Below, piece after piece: positions 37,901-51,865 of a stretch of DNA of 64,000 bases (positions are counted from its first letter, which is position 1; each line of letters starts with the position of its first letter). The DNA is from Podarcis cretensis. Lineage: Eukaryota. The translations under genes and the position numbers were made by a program. The stretch lies in the NCBI GenBank assembly GCA_951804945.1, contig OX638164.1:28086001-28150000 (forward strand). The letters run 5' to 3'. Under the pieces are notes generated by a model. That model had not been told where the DNA came from. It was given only the letters and a program-made list of their open reading frames with translations, and made no database searches.

Positions 37901-39974
37901 CAAAAAGCTATTGAGAGCGTAAGACAATTACACCTGATTTCACAAGTGCTATTTCTCTGAAAGGCATGGCATGGACTCAAAAGGCTGCTGCAATCTGGAC
38001 ATCAGGCAGCAGATGAGTGGGCTGTGCAATTTCTTCTGTAGCCCCATTGCACTGGCGGTACCAAAGGAGGGGGAAATCTAAGCCAAGCCTTGCAGCTTAG
38101 TGTTGGTTATGAAAAAGAAAACAAGAGAACGCATTGCTATGCTCCAAGATCACACTTTCCTCAGTAGCAGGGGTGCCAAATATATTCTAAGCCCGCAGTC
38201 AGAAAATGCAAGTGGCATATGCCACCCTCTGGGCATAGGTTTCACCACCAACAGAAGACATACTTGTTCATCCAGGCTTTCTTTAATAGGATTCATTTTG
38301 ATGCTTATTTTGTTTGGATTTGTTGTGTTTTATTATTGTTGCGTGAACCACTTTGGTACTGCCTTCTGCAAATAAGAAGCGGTATAGAAATCTTATTTTA
38401 AAAGATCTATTTAACCAAATCTATATACCGTTTGATTGCAGTGAGATCTTTAAGAGGTTTACAAGAGGTGTTAAAATTATCAGCATAAAACTGCTAAAGC
38501 AATTCAAAATATTCAACAGTGAAAGAGATTAAAAATACACTGACATTTATGTGTCTGGATAGGCTTACATGAACAAAACCTACATCATCATGAGTTACTA
38601 TAAGACCAGGGATTCTAAACAGACTAAATTGGGAGTCAACTTCTCTTGTTGTGTCAGAAACCGGCAGAACATGCTCCGTTGGTAGACGGTTCAGTCACAT
38701 ACCTTCTCTGCCCACCCTTCTGGTCACTTGTATCACATCTATATATATCTCCCAGTGGCACCCAAAAGCTGTCACCTATGGCAGCTGGTTTGTCATAACA
38801 TTTGTTCACAAAACTGACCAGCCTTGTTCCTAAGCAAGCAAGCAACCTTGAAACAGTTCAAGCAACTTTGCTCATCTCCCTTTTTTTGCCTGTGTGCGCC
38901 TGTACATGCGTCTGTCTCTGTCTCTGTGTGTGTGGTTAAGCTTTTTTGATCAGACCTAACAAAGGTGCTAATGTATTATTAAAGCTAATGGAGCTCTACA
39001 AGAAATGTTAATGGACATTAAGTTTGCATAAATGAATTACACATTAGCACAGTAGCAAGACAGCTACAATCTGCCAATTTAGGCAGTATCTGATGGTTTT
39101 TGTTTTCCCATTATGGGGACATTGCTCCCCCAATACTTTTGGGCGATATGAAAATTGTAAGCAGAATGCTCATAATGGAACAACATAATGAAGTAGAAGA
39201 AATAAATTAACACAGGGGCTTCTTTGTGTAATGTTATGGTTGAGCTGCATATACAAAAGACGTTTTGAATCACCATCTCCTGATCGCCCTGCTTCATTTC
39301 TGCTCCTCTGTGAACATGAAGAGGTACTGGGGGACTGATGCCAGGTTGCTGCTCTTCCTTGTTTTCAAATGAATGATGTCACACTGCATGGGTCCCTTCC
39401 CATCCCAGAAAGAGGCCAGCCATTTCTGCCACAATTCTCAGCATTATTTCAGCATAAGAAACAAACAAGGAATATGCAGGTGCCAAGGCGCCCCGGAATG
39501 GTAAGAGACCTCTGGCGCTCTTACTGAAACTGAAAGACACAGCTTAAGAAAATCAACAATCCGGCCAGTGGGACCTACTTTAAAGCATCCTGTAGTAACA
39601 ATTCTTACATAACGGCACATACGCTATCAACAATCCCTACGATAGCCCCGTAAGATAGGGCAGGATTGACATGCCCAAAGCTTCCAAAAGTGGGGTTCTG
39701 TGGAGCTCCTAAAAAGGGAGACATATTCATCTTGTCAGATGGAGTGACAAGCTGGTTCCACTCCAGCATAATTTGGTTGCTAACTTGTACTTGCTGCTGC
39801 ACAACGCTTGAAACAGCTCATAACCAGAACCAGAATGGCTTACCTAAATGTCACCTGGGTAGTTCAGGGCTGAGGTAAGAGCTAAACACAGGGGTTTCTG
39901 CCTCACAGCTTCTAGAGTAGATGAAGAAGTGTGCAGAATTGAGCCATAGTCACTAGATTCTACTGGCACTCCAT

Positions 39975-40325
39975 TTTTTAAATAATCATATTTTTCATCA
40001 ATACATTTTTCCCCCAATTCACTATAACATTATTTTATAAATTATTTAAACTTTGACTTCCCTTCCACCTTTGCATGGTTTCCTTCTAGCTTTCCATTTT
40101 TTCCTGCATACTGCAGTCCCACCATACTTCCTCTTTTCCACGTATTTTATACTGCTGAATTTATTCTAATCCTGCTAACGTTTTAACCTGCTTGCTGTAA
40201 TTTTTCATATACTCTACATGCATTTTCCAATTCTCCTTATATACTCTATCTTCTTGTTCTCCTATTCTGATGGTTAGACCCACTGACTCTACCGGCACTC
40301 CAATTTGTTCTAGGATTCCATCTTT
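39975..40325 (-). mobile_element. L1/Tx1-like LINE 3' remnant
   Basis: Minus strand is A-rich and reads LTIRIGEQEDRVYKENWKMHVEYMK, resembling squamate L1 ORF2 C-termini. Confidence 0.45.
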
Positions 40326-40665
40326 GTACACAGCATTGATACATGTGTTTGTTTGTTTTTTGTAATAATAATAATAAACCTTGACACACTTCCATGTTAA
40401 TATTTAAATGCTTAGTTCACATGCCTTGAGGCAGCTCTGCACTAATAGCACAAGAACAGACGATGAGAAATAGTTTGTCTTCAAAAAGAGCAGGGAAAGA
40501 AAGCCTTAAACCCAAATTCAATACTTTAAACCTCTCATTTAATCAAATCAGATAAACTGCTTTTGCATGCTACAACAAATCATAATTGTCTAATCAATCG
40601 CTTTGGTCAAGCCACTTCCATGTGTGGGGTAAGGGGGAGGGGAGGGTTGTGACTCTGGTACTCAC

Positions 40666-40821
40666 ACATTACATCTAGGTAGTACTTGGTCTGCAAGTCT
40701 TTGACGGCAGGATGGTCTACCTGACAGACAACAGCAACCCCATCATCCTCTCGCTTGACCTTCAACGAAAGACGACTGGTCACTGTAAACATGTCTGACC
40801 ACTGCTCCTCTTCTGTTTTAC
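40666..40821 (-). CDS. CADM1: CADM1 exon 5 (156 bp, second half of Ig2)
   Basis: (G)[51 protein letters not shown]. Acceptor tgcag|GT, donor GT|gtgagt. Confidence 0.96.
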
Positions 40822-41334
40822 CTGCATAATGGACATGAAAGGGGAGGAAAAAGAGCAGGTAAATGGCAAATGACTAGACCCATCCAAGACCATCCTCCAT
40901 CGCTGCATTTGTGTTGTCGTTTTCAACTGAAGTCACTTCTGCAATCTGTACTCATCTAGTAGCGACTTGCCTCGTTTAGCTTATCTATTCCAGAGCTTCT
41001 CTCCACTTCTGCAATTCTTAAATAGTTAAACTATGCATATGCTGACCTATTCATAACCCCCCAACAGGCATATTCTTGCAACCTTATTCTCTCTGTTTTT
41101 ATTTGCACATTCCTATAATCTATGGGTGTTTGTAGGGGCAACACCTGCCTTTCATTGTTACTTTCCTACCTACATACTTATTGGATTAATTTGTGGCACA
41201 CTGATGACCTGCACAAAATAAAGGGAAACAACTCATTTTTTAGTTGACAAGCAGCTTCTCTGCCTGGTGGTAAGGAGGAAATTCTTAGTTGGCAAAGGTG
41301 ACCAGGTGAGTGGCTGTTTACCTGCCATATACAG

Positions 41335-41463
41335 CAGGGGTGGGGAACCTATGATCCCACAGATGGCGAACTCCCATCATCCCAGATCATTGGCCATGCT
41401 GGCTGGGGCTGATAGGCGTTGGATTCCAGAAACATCTGAAAGGCCAGAGGTTTCCCACATCTG
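41335..41463. repeat. ~130-bp palindromic hAT-like MITE (multi-copy family)
   Basis: CAGGGGTGGGGAACCT...AGGTTTCCCACATCTG with core CTCCCATCATCCC..CATTGGCCATGCTGGCTGGGGCTGAT. Related copies at ~2495-2620, 6440-6555, 13222-13352, 26763-26905, 45325-45450, 47688-47808. Confidence 0.7.
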
Positions 41464-42532
41464 GTATATACAGGGATCCAGAGGGAAAAAAGGAGAGCTG
41501 GTATCAAAGTTAAGCAAACAGTTTTGCAATGGAGTAGGGCTGGCAAGGCCCTTTTTCAAGTCAATCACAAGGAAAGGAAGCCTGCGAGTTCTTATTCTCT
41601 TATTTGCTTCCAGATTTAAAGGGGGGGGCTATCTCCTGCTCATGATATTAGACACAAAATCTACAGCGCTCGGCAGCGAGGATTAGGAATTCCAGGATGC
41701 CTTCCAAACACTTAAGTCAATGGAGCCAGAAATCCTCCACCCTCTTCCTCCAATGCCACTGCCAAAAGCCATCATCAATAATTAAGAGGGAAAGTGACTC
41801 CATGGATTTACATAATTAAAAGTAGTAATTAAAATATTTAAACAGTGGTACTGTTGAAGACCCAGCAAAATACAGCAGCAACGGGCTGAAACAGAAGCAG
41901 AAGCAGCCTGTGCGGGGCATCCTGCCAAAGGGAAGCCAATTTCAACAGGCAGCGAAAGGTAAGGGAGAGCAGGGAAACGCCTGGGATTAAAGCGGAAAGG
42001 CTTCCCAAAAATTTGAGACACCTGGCTTACTTGTCAAGGAGGGGTCTATCACGAAACCACAACTCGTGCTCCAGATCAACTGACAAAGCTACTCCACATT
42101 ATAAAAAGACCACACCATTCACTGCTCAGCACCCTTCTGAACTGATTTTGCCTGGCTGGAATGTGTCCTTTGCTATGGCAGTGCCTCTTGCTTGCCTGGA
42201 AGATGGAGATGGTGTATGTGTGTTAGCGGGGGGGACGGGGGGGACGACATAGGAATCTCTGGCTTTTGCGTGGTTTGAATCTGACCTACTTGGGGGTAAG
42301 AGTCACACCTGTTGCTGACTTGCTGTCTCTGGTCCCACCCACCTCTGGCATGCAGCCCGCAGAAGGTTGCCCATTATGAAATGCAGCTCTCAGGCTGAAA
42401 AAGATTCCCTTCTGCTGTTTTGAGTTATTCTCTCACATGATCAGTGATCACAAGGGTATCCTGCTTATCAGCAAAACCATCTCTAAAAACCACAACCACA
42501 CCATTAAGTTGATTGAGGGAGAAGGGGTCTAC

Positions 42533-42670
42533 CAAATAGCTCCTTGTTGCCTTTAAACCATCTGATCACTGTGGGTGGTCTGCTGGCCAAAGATGTGCAA
42601 TTCAGCTCAATTTCTTCTCCTTCCACTGTGGTCTCCTTCTGGGCTTCGATCCTCAAGTTACGTGGTGGGA
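42533..42670 (-). CDS. CADM1: CADM1 exon 4 (138 bp, first half of Ig2); not in ORF track
   Basis: (V)[45 protein letters not shown]. Acceptor ttctag|TC, donor TG|gtagac. Confidence 0.96.
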
Positions 42671-43267
42671 CTAGAATGAAACAGCATACAGATATATAAA
42701 GATCTCAGCATGTTGTTGTCTATCATGACACCTCCAAGAAACTGAGCATGTGGGATAGTTGCTGGACAGATTAGAGGTGGATCAGCTGCCTCATAGAAGG
42801 TCCTCTTCAACTTACAATTTTGATTAAGGGAACACTTTGTAAATGCATCACCATCTGCAATAATTCTAACAGATCAAACATATTATAAATGCATCTTTAA
42901 AGTAGCACCCTGCTTTCGCCCTCCATTTGAATGTAAATTCCACATTTCCTATTCCAAAAATAATTAACAAAAAATAGAGTAAAACAAACTAAGGGAGATT
43001 CAGGATTTTCAGACCGAGAGGGAAAGAAGAGGGTCGTTTTCCAAAGAAAATAAATGAAATGCAACCCAACACGAATAATAGATTCTTGCATCAGAGAGTA
43101 TTATTACAGAGAGAGCATCTTTCCTTCCTTTCAGGCATGTGTTCAGCACAGCTAAGTCATTTTTTTTATTATTTTATTTTTTTGTGAAATCCAAAGCCAG
43201 AGGGTTGAATTGATCAATGAAATATAATCCGGTAGAGTCTGCAGCAGAAGAGAATCTGAAGCATAAC

Positions 43268-43638
43268 CAGGGCCTGCCCAAGACATTTTGGCACCTGAGG
43301 CGAACCACAAAATTGATACCCCCACCCCCGCCAGGGAAGAAGAGGTGAGTAAAGATCGAAACCAGGAAGAAGGGGGGAATAAATATCTACATTGGAAGGG
43401 TGGGAGTAGACCAGCAGCATCTCCTATTCATCGAGAGACCCTTGTAGAGGTGGTATGAGGGGAGTGCTGAGGAGGAGGCAGACCTGGCCTCCAAGAAGCA
43501 CACCACAGCCATTGCTGCCTCTGTGGCAGTGGGAACAGCAGGGAGCAAAACATTCATTGGAGGCTGGATCTGCTGCCCCTGAGGATCCTGCCGCATGAGG
43601 CAGTGTCCTACCCTTGCCTCATGGGCAGGCTGGCCCTG
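43268..43638. mobile_element. hAT-type MITE
   Basis: Termini CAGGGCC...GGCCCTG, perfect 8-bp TSD AGCATAAC. Confidence 0.85.
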
Positions 43639-44362
43639 AGCATAACTACAGCATCACAAAGTTCACCAAAATGTATAGATCTTTCCGTTATCCTCTTCCC
43701 CACCTTCCTGCAAACAGGGTGGGTGGGTGAGAATGGATGGGATAGGCGTTTCCCCCCCTTCTATTTTATAATCAGTAAAGAGAATGTTAACACAGTTGCC
43801 TGCTGGTACTGTGTTTATTAAATCAAGCATTAAAATAAAGATTTAAATGGATATTGTTTATAAATGAGTGGGCCCGTTTTCTTCATTGTTTTTGCTGTTA
43901 TTGTACTAATGAAGCAGCTGCGCGATTCAGGTGTGAATAATCTGTTCACTCCCCACCCACCAAAACGCAGGTAAGGAAGTACGCACAAAATGAATTGTGC
44001 AGATAATAAATTAGTTGTTTCTGGTCCATAAACAAGTGAATGGCATGGCGTCTTCAAAAAACGAAGGGAGGAGGAAGCACAAAGGGGCCAACAAGGCATG
44101 CAAGTCCCCTGTGGAATAGCAGGTGATGTCTGGTCTTCTCCTTGCCCCCCACTTGCAAATAAGTTCCTACCCCCAAGAATGTAGGTGAAACTCAAAGCCA
44201 TGTGATGCATGCTGGACAGGTCAGCCCAAGTGTGCATATGTGTGTGCACTGCACATATACACACTGCCATGTTGCTCCTTCCTCTGCCTGAGTCTTTCAG
44301 GCAGTCAGGGGAAAGGAGTAACACAAAAGCATCCCTGGAAGCATCTCAGCAGAAATGAGTGT

Positions 44363-44396
<34 letters not shown>

Positions 44397-44818
44397 ACAA
44401 GCATGCACACACTTGCTATCTTAGTTTGGGAAACATGAGAATAAAAAGCTCTCTTAATGCAGCGGTGTTAGGAAACAACTCTCAAGAGTGAAGGTAGCCG
44501 AACTTGAAATTCATATTAAAGGCTAATTTTAAATACCTTTTCAACACATATTAACATACTACAAACTGGAACTCATTAAATTGTGGGGGTGGAGGGTGGA
44601 GAGGGATGAGTAAGAGCGGAGAACCTATATACCTAATCAGCAAGTGTGATCTCACTTGGTGATTGCTTGTTGCAATTCAGGTTCGTTACTGGAATGTTAG
44701 GAGACAGCATTAATCTGGAGCTACGGCTGTTATGGTATTAGCAACTATTATCAGTGGATATGATAATCCCATAGTTGTGCCTGTTCTGTAATCTTCTGAA
44801 CTATGAGAAATGGAATGA

Positions 44819-44855
<37 letters not shown>

Positions 44856-45738
44856 AAACTTAAGGACTGGTGTCTGACAGACACCATATGCCACAAAGAA
44901 GAGAGGAGGGGGAGGGTGTTTCTCAAATATAATTTGCAGTAGGGGTTGAAGCAACAATTTGGCTGCATTTGGGTTCAAATCCCCCACTTTGTCACTTGAA
45001 TATCTTCAGAAGCCTGGAGAGGAAAACCCTCTCCTGCGTCATATGCTGGAGACTTGCTGCTCCATGAATTACACAGAGTAGTAATGGAGGAGTCATGGGG
45101 TTTGATTCTATCCATGCATCCAAACAAATGTACATCTGTACTGAGCTCCTTATAACACTTAAAGCTTCAGTGGCAAACCTGTTACCATCCCAGCCCCAAC
45201 TGGGCAGTAGGGAACACAACAAAATAGGGTGGGGGTTTAGGGCACCAGGCATACCAAGGAGCACCCAAAAGGGCTGCCATCCATATCAGAGTTTGGCATC
45301 CTCACGTAAGATGGGTATGTGCTAAAGCACCCTCCAAAATCTGGATGTGGCTAGACTACAGCTCCCATCAACCTTTACTACTGGCCATGCTGGCCGAAGC
45401 TTATGGAAACTGCAGGTCAACAGCACCTGCAGGAAACCAGATTGGTTGTAACCTAGGTATTTCTGCCCTCCATCTCTATTGTCTTTTAGGCATTTGCTTA
45501 AGACTTTCCTCTTTCAACAAACAAGTGGTGATTGTTATACTACTTGGTATCAGTTCTGGATTTAAAAATGATTTTACATTTGCAATGGCTGGTTTTTAGA
45601 GATTGTTTCATATGTAATTTGGATTAAAAAAAATATTTTTATATATACATTTGTTTTAAGGCTATTTTTATTGTATTGTAAATTGCTTCAAGATGCCTTA
45701 TAGGAAACAATTCATAAATGAAACTAATAAAAACTATA

Positions 45739-45990
45739 CAGTCGGTACCTTGGATTCTGAATGCCCTGGAACTTGGACGTTTTGGCTCCCAAACGCCGCA
45801 AACCCGGAAGTGATTGTTCCGGTTTGCAAACGTTCTTTTGGAACCCGAATGTTCAACAGGGCTTTCGCGGCTTCTTATTGGCTGCAGGAGCTTCCTGCAG
45901 CCAATCAGAAGCCACAATTTGATTTTTGAAAGTTTTGGAAATCAAATGGACTTCCAGAACGGATTCCATTCGACTTCCAAGGTACGACTG
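45739..45990. mobile_element. Tc1/mariner (Tigger/pogo-like) MITE
   Basis: TA on both flanks. TIR CAGTCGGTACCTTGG / CCAAGGTACGACTG. Internal hairpin GCTTCTTATTGGCTGCAGGA..TCCTGCAGCCAATCAGAAGC. Confidence 0.85.
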
Positions 45991-47204
45991 TAGTAATAAT
46001 ATGGATTTACAGTGCAATCCAATGCACGTTTACTCAGAAGTAAGTGGCCTATGTTCAGTGATATTCTCTTCCAAGCAAGATGACTGCAACCTCAGTTTTC
46101 CTTCCTGTTAAATCCAGCAAGAATATGAAATACAACCTTTAGTGAAAAACAGCTTTGAGTAAACACATTTTACATCTAATAATTTTAACACTTCGGCAAA
46201 AGATGGAAGTGTGCAATGGTATATATGGGAACAATATGATTATATACCCAGCTGGAAAAAACCAGAACTAAGAACAATATAAATATTGCCCATTATTTTA
46301 CACTGAGAATATGGTCCAGCATTTGTGGGCTACAATTAAGCACACAGAGATCCTTAGAAGCATCATCACCCTGCCAAGAGGTGTAACTTCCTGCACATGC
46401 ATATAATGCTTGATTTTTTTCACATTGTAGCACAGACTGTAACACAGAAGCTGTTACATTACCCATCATGCCCTTTATTAGATAGTCTCAGAGCTCTTAA
46501 AATAAACAGAGAGGTTTAGAATAAAGCAATGAGTGCAGCCAAGAGTGTTTTGTCAAGGGACTAAATACTCACACCCTAATTGGCAAATATTTCTAACTTC
46601 TGTAATGGGTTTTGATAGAAGCTTGGATTCATGGGTGCAAATGTAAGGGTTTGGGGGAGCACAGAAGAATATGAGCTAATGTAATTGCCTGGAAAACCAC
46701 AAATGACACTCCAGACAGCTGTTGCCAGGGGAACAGTTATTTGCAACAGCTTCCTCCAGAATTTATGGGTTTCCCCCCCTCCTGCCATTCTCCTCCACAT
46801 GTCTGGAGAATGCCTTATGTACATGCATGTATGGCAATACACATGATGAAGTAGTACATTTTGGGGTGTGAAGCCAATAAATCTTAATGTGTGTCTACAT
46901 GCTGACTTTCCCACGCACAATTCTGTGGATCAGGGTCCTAAGGTTTTAATAAACAAATCTTCTGGGTTTTTCTCCTTCTGACACTATCTTCATCCATCCC
47001 AAAACATGAAAAGGTGTGCCAATGTCTACAGAACATTGCATGAGAAACAGCCCCAGTAAGGAGGATTTATTTCAGTGCCTGTGTTGGAAGGTGGGATGGC
47101 TATAAAGCAGGTTTTAAAAATGTCCAGGAATCTGCTTTTCCTTCCCACCATCTTGCCACTCCCAAGTGAACTAAAGATGGAGTCTGGGGCTGACTGCTCC
47201 TTAC

Positions 47205-47357
47205 CAAGCACTGTAATCGTCATAAAGTATTCCTGTGGGGGGTCCGTGTAGAGTTGGCAGAAGTATCTTCCTTCATCCGAAATGGAGACATTCGTCAGTG
47301 ACACTCTGAGCTCACTGCTAGAGAAATTCACTAACTGAAACCTGCTGTCCTTCAAAG
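47205..47357 (-). CDS. CADM1: CADM1 exon 3 (153 bp, second half of Ig1)
   Basis: (P)[50 protein letters not shown]. Acceptor cacag|CT, donor TG|gtaagg. Confidence 0.97.
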
Positions 47358-49138
47358 CTGTGGAACAAAGATACAATTAGAAACTGCAATGTTATGAGAC
47401 ATACAGTGCTTCCCTCCCAGAGAAAACAGTGAAAACCAGAAGCCTGGAGAGGTGGCAGCAGCGTTGACATGCAGTAGCAATACCACCCTCTTTTTCACAT
47501 CCTGCTATTTTGGCTCATTATGTTACAATCTGGAAATAAACAATACTAGTACTCATCAATACAAATAATCTAAACAAAAGCCCCGTATCAAGTACTGATA
47601 ATTACTCTCCCCCTTCCTGTCTACTTGCTCAACACTGCAGAAAGCCTTTAACAAATGAGCTTCTACAACATACAGGACCCCTTATCCCAGGCATTCCCAA
47701 CCTGATGCCCTCCAGATATCTTTGACTGCAAGGTCCATCAGCCCCAACCAGCATGACCAATGACAAATTGGGTGGGGAGCAATATCTGGAGGGTTCCAGG
47801 CTGGCAAAGAATAGATGGACGGAAAGCCCATGAACAGAGATTTCACAAAGTAAACTTGAGAAGGTTTAGGATATGTGGGGAGAATGTTTAAGCAAACAAC
47901 TTCCAGCAGAACTCCTAAAATCTTTGGTTTTGCCAATTCATTGGAAACATTTAATCAAGAAACACAAAGCTGGAGAGATGCATTGCAGCCTCTTCCGAGA
48001 TCCAGAAGTTTACAAAGTTAGATAAAATATATTAATCAAATAAATTGTTGGAAGTTTTCTGATGTTTTAAATACAACACCAAGTAATTTCTGGGACCAGA
48101 AGAACATGCATCAGTTCAAACACAGGCACATTCTTACTTCTACTAACCCCAACAGATCTACTACCTACATCTCCCCCACCTTTCCCAACATATCAAAAGA
48201 ATAAAGAGAGGTAGGGGAGATGAGCACCATTCATTAGTTTCTTAGCTCTTCCTTCCAAGGGCTAGGTTATATACCTCACCAGCTCCTCCATGATGCCATG
48301 TTTCACTATCAGCCCTTTTGTTAGTCTCCAGACAAATTACGAAAATTTCTCCAGATTTCCCCTCCTTGCTTAGGGCACATGGCTGTTTGCAGAAGGATAT
48401 CTCTGTCCCATTATTCCTGTCCTCACCTAATGCATAATTTCCAATTTTTGGGGAGAAAATGTGTCCCTGCAAAAAGAAGCACTCAGAAGAACCAAGTTTT
48501 GTGGCCTACTGACATATCCATGTCAATTTGCTCCAAAATATTATGGACCATATTGTTCCTAACTTTAAATCTCACTTTAAAAAGGATGGGAGACAGGGCA
48601 GTCCCAGGAGAAAGATGGTTCGTGTCTACTAACCTTGGACTATAAATGACCCCGCATATCTTAGTTTTATTTTCCTAGAGAGTAGGCAAAGATTCCAAGA
48701 GCACTTAATTTGAATTATAACAGCGTCTCTTATTGATAAGGTTTTAAACACATGTTCAAGACCATTCTAACATCATTCTTCAGTTGGATTAAGGAAGGAC
48801 TGGCTTGAACATTCCAACCACCAAGCCAAACACTTCTCCTTATCCAATGGTAAGCACATCCTGCTTTGCCCTATTCGATTTGTTTGTGTCAACTAAATAT
48901 TTTGGCACTTAATTGCAATTCAGAGTGAATTACTGTGGTCAATTCCTCTTGCACTGCAAGATGGTCTGACTCTTAAAAAGGTCTATAGCTAGTCTTTCCA
49001 TTAAAGCAAGTGATTATGATTGCCTGCCTTTGCCTACTTACTGAAGAATTGACTAAACCTTTAAAATGTCTGACATTAAATTAAAAGGAGCCCTCAGCAA
49101 CCTCTTTATCAAGATTTGCCAAACAACACAGAACTCAC

Positions 49139-49285
49139 GTCTGAAGTCTCTGAAATAAATCGTCTGTCTATTGGGATTCAAGAGCTGAATCACGGAGTCA
49201 TCACTGTTTCTGACTTTGCAGCTGATGGTAGCAACTTCCCCCTCTACGACGGTCACATCTTCTGTAACCAAATTCTGTCCATCAC
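49139..49285 (-). CDS. CADM1: CADM1 exon 2 (147 bp, first half of Ig1 V-set domain)
   Basis: Translates (G)[48 protein letters not shown], near-identical to mammalian CADM1. Acceptor ttaag|GT, donor AC|gtgagt, phase 1-1. Confidence 0.97.
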
Positions 49286-49470
49286 CTTAAGTTGTTAAAG
49301 AAAAAGAAAAAGACAGCACAGGTCAACTCACATTCAGTCAATATGGAAGCCAAATACCCTCTCACCCCCCCGTAAATGCAGCAAATTAGTTGTGAATTGG
49401 ACACATGAAGACCTGTGGTTAAGTGAAGACCTGGTGCACAGCACCCCTGACTAACAATGATTTGTCAGTT

Positions 49471-49519
<49 letters not shown>

Positions 49520-49596
49520 CTTTTGCTGGATGGGGTTAACAACAACTTGCCTCAGGGAAATGTGTGGCAGGAATGCTTGCCTCTCGTGTCTGGCAC

Positions 49597-49869
49597 CAGG
49601 GCCGTCTTACCCATAGGCACTAGGGGTGCAGGGCACCTGGTCTGGGGCTCGAGAGTTGAGTCCGGGGAAGAGCCCACCCGTTGGTCAGAGCGCTGCGGTG
49701 GGCTCTTCTGCTGTGGGTGGCTCTGCACCGCACGTTCGGGGGTGACCGAGCCAGTGAGATGCTGAGGCAGCCAGCCGGCTCCGCCCTCCTGTGTGCCTGG
49801 GACTGGGCAACCGGGGGGCGCTGGGCAAATCTTTGCACCCCGGTGCTGCATATGCTTAAGACAGCCCTG
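49597..49869. mobile_element. hAT-type MITE
   Basis: TIR CAGGGCCGTCTTA / TAAGACAGCCCTG (12/13 match), perfect 8-bp TSD TCTGGCAC. Confidence 0.88.
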
Positions 49870-50890
49870 TCTGGCACTACCAATCCCTGCAGCCATTCCC
49901 TCTGCAATGGTCTTAGACTAAGAACATGCTAAGGAAGTAGTGGAACTGTGCAATACTTTATCATATTGGTATTTTTAGGCTGCCAGTAAATCAACACTCA
50001 TTGAAAACTTAGTATCTCTTGCATTATACCAAACAACTTAAACACACCAAGGACAAATTCTCATAGTGTCTTACTATAAGGATTATCACCTTCAACATTT
50101 TGGATATTAAAAGCTTCTCCCAGCTAAATGATTACAGCCATTTTATCTGTTGGAAGTTAGAAATCTTAAATCAGCAAGTAGCACCCTTTCATAAGAGACT
50201 GCTGATTAAAGATTCATATTCTAATTCACTATTGATTTTAGATAAAATTTTAATTTATACACTACTTAACCACACAAAAATGGAGTTCAAAATAGCTCAC
50301 ACAACACAAATTCAGTTCATTATTTTGTACTTTCCTTTCCGCAGATGCATATATTACACACCTGATAAGTACCTTGTGTGCAACAACAGCATCCTAAGGC
50401 AGCTGTTCTGCTTTAAAGAGGATGGGGGCAATTGGGACCCCTCATGTTGCACATGCCAGGGACTCTGATGACACACTAGTCACCTGTGACAGATCAACAC
50501 TTTCTGTTTGAGCAGAAAAGCAGCTCAGCAAATCAAAGCTGAACATGTTAAAACTGGGGATGTGCATGTATGGGCCTTTCTAATAAAAACCATATTCTCA
50601 AGGACAGAACTATTAAATGCATTGGACACCACCGATATAGCTGGAAAAGCTTCATTAGAAGGATGAGTGGAAAGACAGACACAGATACCATAATTATTTT
50701 GCTAAAAATAGGAGATGCTGCTTCTGCAGACAGGCTATATCTGGAAGCACCTGAAAGGTAATCCCATCTGGCTGTGAAAACATAACCCCTGGGAGAGACC
50801 TCGAAGGGGTGGGTGTGAGGCGAGCAGATCTCTTTTTGATTCTAAGACTTAAAAACAAAACAAAAACCCCCAACAAGACATGCATATGAG

Positions 50891-51022
50891 CAGGGGTGCC
50901 AACTTGAATAAAATAGGGGGCACAGGTATGCACACACCATTTGAATGGCAATGCACACCAACTTTGGGGGGCCCGGCCCCCTCAAATATTTTACTGGGGT
51001 TGAGGGGACCTTGGCTCCTATG
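50891..51022. mobile_element. short hAT-type MITE
   Basis: Imperfect TIR CAGGGGTGCCAA / TTGGCTCCTATG, 8-bp TSD CATATGAG. Confidence 0.75.
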
Positions 51023-51714
51023 CATATGAGAACACATATCTTCACACACACACAAATATCTCAAGCACCACAGACTGAAAGATCTAAAACAAACTGATTA
51101 ACGAAGTTGCAGCAAAACACAAATCAAGGCTAAGGAAGGGGCAGAAGAGTAGAGAGCTCATTTCCAGGGTGCCACAGCTTTTAACTGTGTGTCTCAGCGA
51201 TGGGCTAAAAGGCAGAAGGTTGCACCTCAGAAAGCATTTTTGGTTAGTCTCTTTTAGTTACCGCAGCCTTCATTGTCTGTGCCTCATTTCCTTTACTATG
51301 GAACATAGACCTTTATGTAAATGTGCTTTTACACTGGCTACATTCCTTTATTTATTTTTTTCATTCCAGCAGTTTATCGAGGACCCAATTATGCACTTCT
51401 AGACCTAGCAGAAACTGCACTGACTATTAAGTACCCTGTTTACGGCTCCCTTCTTTCCTGAAAGCTCTGCACATTTTGCTGCAGAAGCCCAACTCCGTGT
51501 TCACGGCAGGAATCTGTCAAGTCAAAAAAACTCAACAGCCACCACCTGCCTGTTAGCGATGGGCCTTGTGTAGTCACTGAGTAAGATTTTCAAATAAAAA
51601 GGGGTCAGGTATGCATTGAAAACTGCATGGGGGAAGCTGATCGTTTTTCTCCCTCTCATAACACTAGCACTTGTGATCATCCAATGCAGCTGATTGTTGG
51701 AAGATGCAGGACAA

Positions 51715-51865
51715 ATAAAAGGAAGTACTCATCAAGCAGCACATAGTTAAAACTATGGAACTCATTCTCCATAGGAGACAGTGGTGGCCACCAACTTGGA
51801 TGGCTTTAGAAAAGGATCAGACAAGTTCATGGAGAAAACGGCTATAATGGCTACTAGTTTTGATG
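51715..51865 (+). mobile_element. CR1-like ORF2 3' fragment
   Basis: ctatggaactca...gtggccaccaacttggatggctttagaaaaggatcagacaagttcatggag resembles the CR1 ORF2 end (WNSL...LDGFKKGLDKFME). Related pieces lie at ~13805-14070 (-) and ~54695-55290 (+). Confidence 0.6.
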
